DNA from: an uncultured Alphaproteobacteria bacterium
Lineage (GTDB): Bacteria > Pseudomonadota > Alphaproteobacteria > DATDPM01
Reading direction: 5' to 3'
NCBI GenBank assembly: GCA_963841995.1
Contig: CAWJEX010000003.1
Coordinates: forward strand, 154,081 to 218,080
DNA length: 64,000 bases
Part shown: in pieces, positions 62,965 to 64,000 of the stretch
How the letters are laid out: each line of letters begins with the position of its first letter
Numbering within the stretch: position 1 is the first letter of the stretch
Notes under the pieces: model-generated
Seen by the model: only the letters and a program-made list of their open reading frames with translations
The model's database searches: none
Told to the model about the DNA's origin: nothing
Position numbers and translations under genes: made by a program

Positions 62965-64000
62965 GACCGGCCACCGGCGCCCACAGCACGTCTTCGATCG
63001 AATTCGCACCGGTTGCCAGCATCACCAAGCGATCGAAGCCCAGTGCCACACCGGCACAGTCCGCCAATCCGCGATCCAGCGCCGCCAGGAAATCCGCATC
63101 CGCGGGATATTGGACGCCGTAAAGGCGCTGCTTGATCTCCATGTCACGCGCAAAGCGCCGGCGATGCTCGGCGGCATCGGTCAGTTCGGCGCAGCCATTG
63201 GCCAGCTCGACGCCGCAAACATAAATCTCGAACCGGTCGGCCAGGCGCGGATCGCGTGCCTTCGCTTTCGCCAGCGCGGAAAGGCAGAGCGGATAGCCGT
63301 AAAGCACGGTCGGGCGGGCTTTTCCCAAATTGGGTTCGATGCGCGCGAGCAAAACTCTAAAGAATACGTCTTCGAACCGGTCGCGATCCTCGCATTTGAT
63401 CCCGATGCGCCGCGCCTCGGCCCTGATCGGCGCCGGATCGGGATCGTCGCCCCCATCGCCCGGGGGGCCGAGCGTGGAGAGGAGATTGATCCCGGCATCC
63501 CGCGTAAACGCGTCGACGACGCTGAGGCGCTCCCATTCGGCAAAGGGATCGCAAGTCGCGCCTTTGCGCTGAAACAATTTCGCGCCGGCTGCGGTTGCCG
63601 CGGCGCGGACGACACCCGCGCAATCTTCGACGATCCCCGCAATGCCGGCGCCCGCGCGATACCATTCAAGCATGGTGAATTCGGGATGATGGAGATCGGA
63701 GCGCTCGCCGTCCCGGAATGCGTGGGCGAGTTGAAACAGGCGGGGCATTCCGGCAACGATGAGTTTTTTCATCGCGAATTCCGGCGAGGTATGAAGATAG
63801 AGCGCGCTTTGCCCGTTTAGGGGCCCGCCGAAGGGTTCGTGAAGCGCCGTCGCAAGCGCCTTCAAATGCGGCTCCAGGCCCGGCGAAACCTGAAGCGCCG
63901 GGGTTTCAACTTCGACGAAGGCTTGGCTGTCGAAATAGCTCCGCGCCGCGCGCGCAATCCGGGCGCGGGCCTCCAATCGAAGGCGCTTTTCGGCAAAGCG
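62954..64000 (-). CDS. epmA: EF-P beta-lysine ligase EpmA/GenX (lysyl-tRNA synthetase class-II paralogue), with the 5' end beyond the window
   Basis: 'VEVETPAL...LHTSPEFAMKKLIVAG...FRDGERSDLHHPEFTMLEWY' are class II motifs 1-2 of the GenX type. The N-terminal ~40 aa expected for the family are missing, so the gene continues past 64000. Confidence 0.75.
   Translation of the reverse strand, partial: RFAEKRLRLEARARIARAARSYFDSQAFVEVETPALQVSPGLEPHLKALATALHEPFGGPLNGQSALYLHTSPEFAMKKLIVAGMPRLFQLAHAFRDGERSDLHHPEFTMLEWYRAGAGIAGIVEDCAGVVRAAATAAGAKLFQRKGATCDPFAEWERLSVVDAFTRDAGINLLSTLGPPGDGGDDPDPAPIRAEARRIGIKCEDRDRFEDVFFRVLLARIEPNLGKARPTVLYGYPLCLSALAKAKARDPRLADRFEIYVCGVELANGCAELTDAAEHRRRFARDMEIKQRLYGVQYPADADFLAALDRGLADCAGVALGFDRLVMLATGANSIEDVLWAPVAGPSR

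Overview
This is a high-GC (~65%) chromosomal segment that looks alphaproteobacterial. The backbone is conserved housekeeping genes. The first block is typA, purA-hisZ-serC, thiC with a TPP riboswitch, and thiD. The second, co-linear block is glmM-folP-ftsH-tilS-cpoB-pal-tolBARQ-ybgC-ruvBAC-yebC. The third is ygfA (5-formyl-THF cyclo-ligase), a 6S RNA, zapA, a DUF4164 gene, thiE and epmA, plus rpoH and rluD. Interleaved are accessory pieces. There is an ECF sigma/anti-sigma/Spy-CpxP-like operon next to a YHS-domain protein. An IS200/IS605-family element (tnpA + tnpB) abuts a truncated macro-domain gene. Four copies of a ~228-315 bp MITE with 21-bp terminal inverted repeats and flanking TA are present. 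A 6-kb stretch encodes small secreted and membrane proteins. An orphan MASE1 histidine kinase lies beside dps. Two tandem transglutaminase-like genes follow a HutG-like amidohydrolase. A low-GC islet abutting the 3' end of a tRNA-Glu(CUC) gene carries a Cys-rich secreted peptide, a PEP-CTERM protein and an orphan recombinase-type HTH. A second low-GC islet sits next to serC, and a kinase-like (probable pseudokinase) gene is coupled to a membrane protein. The most pervasive observation is that at least 11 conserved genes, including ruvC, carry single-nucleotide frameshifts. These are mostly in short homopolymer runs, where the conserved continuation of the protein is plainly readable in another frame, which points to indel errors in the assembly or to widespread pseudogenisation. 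No CRISPR array or rRNA was found.
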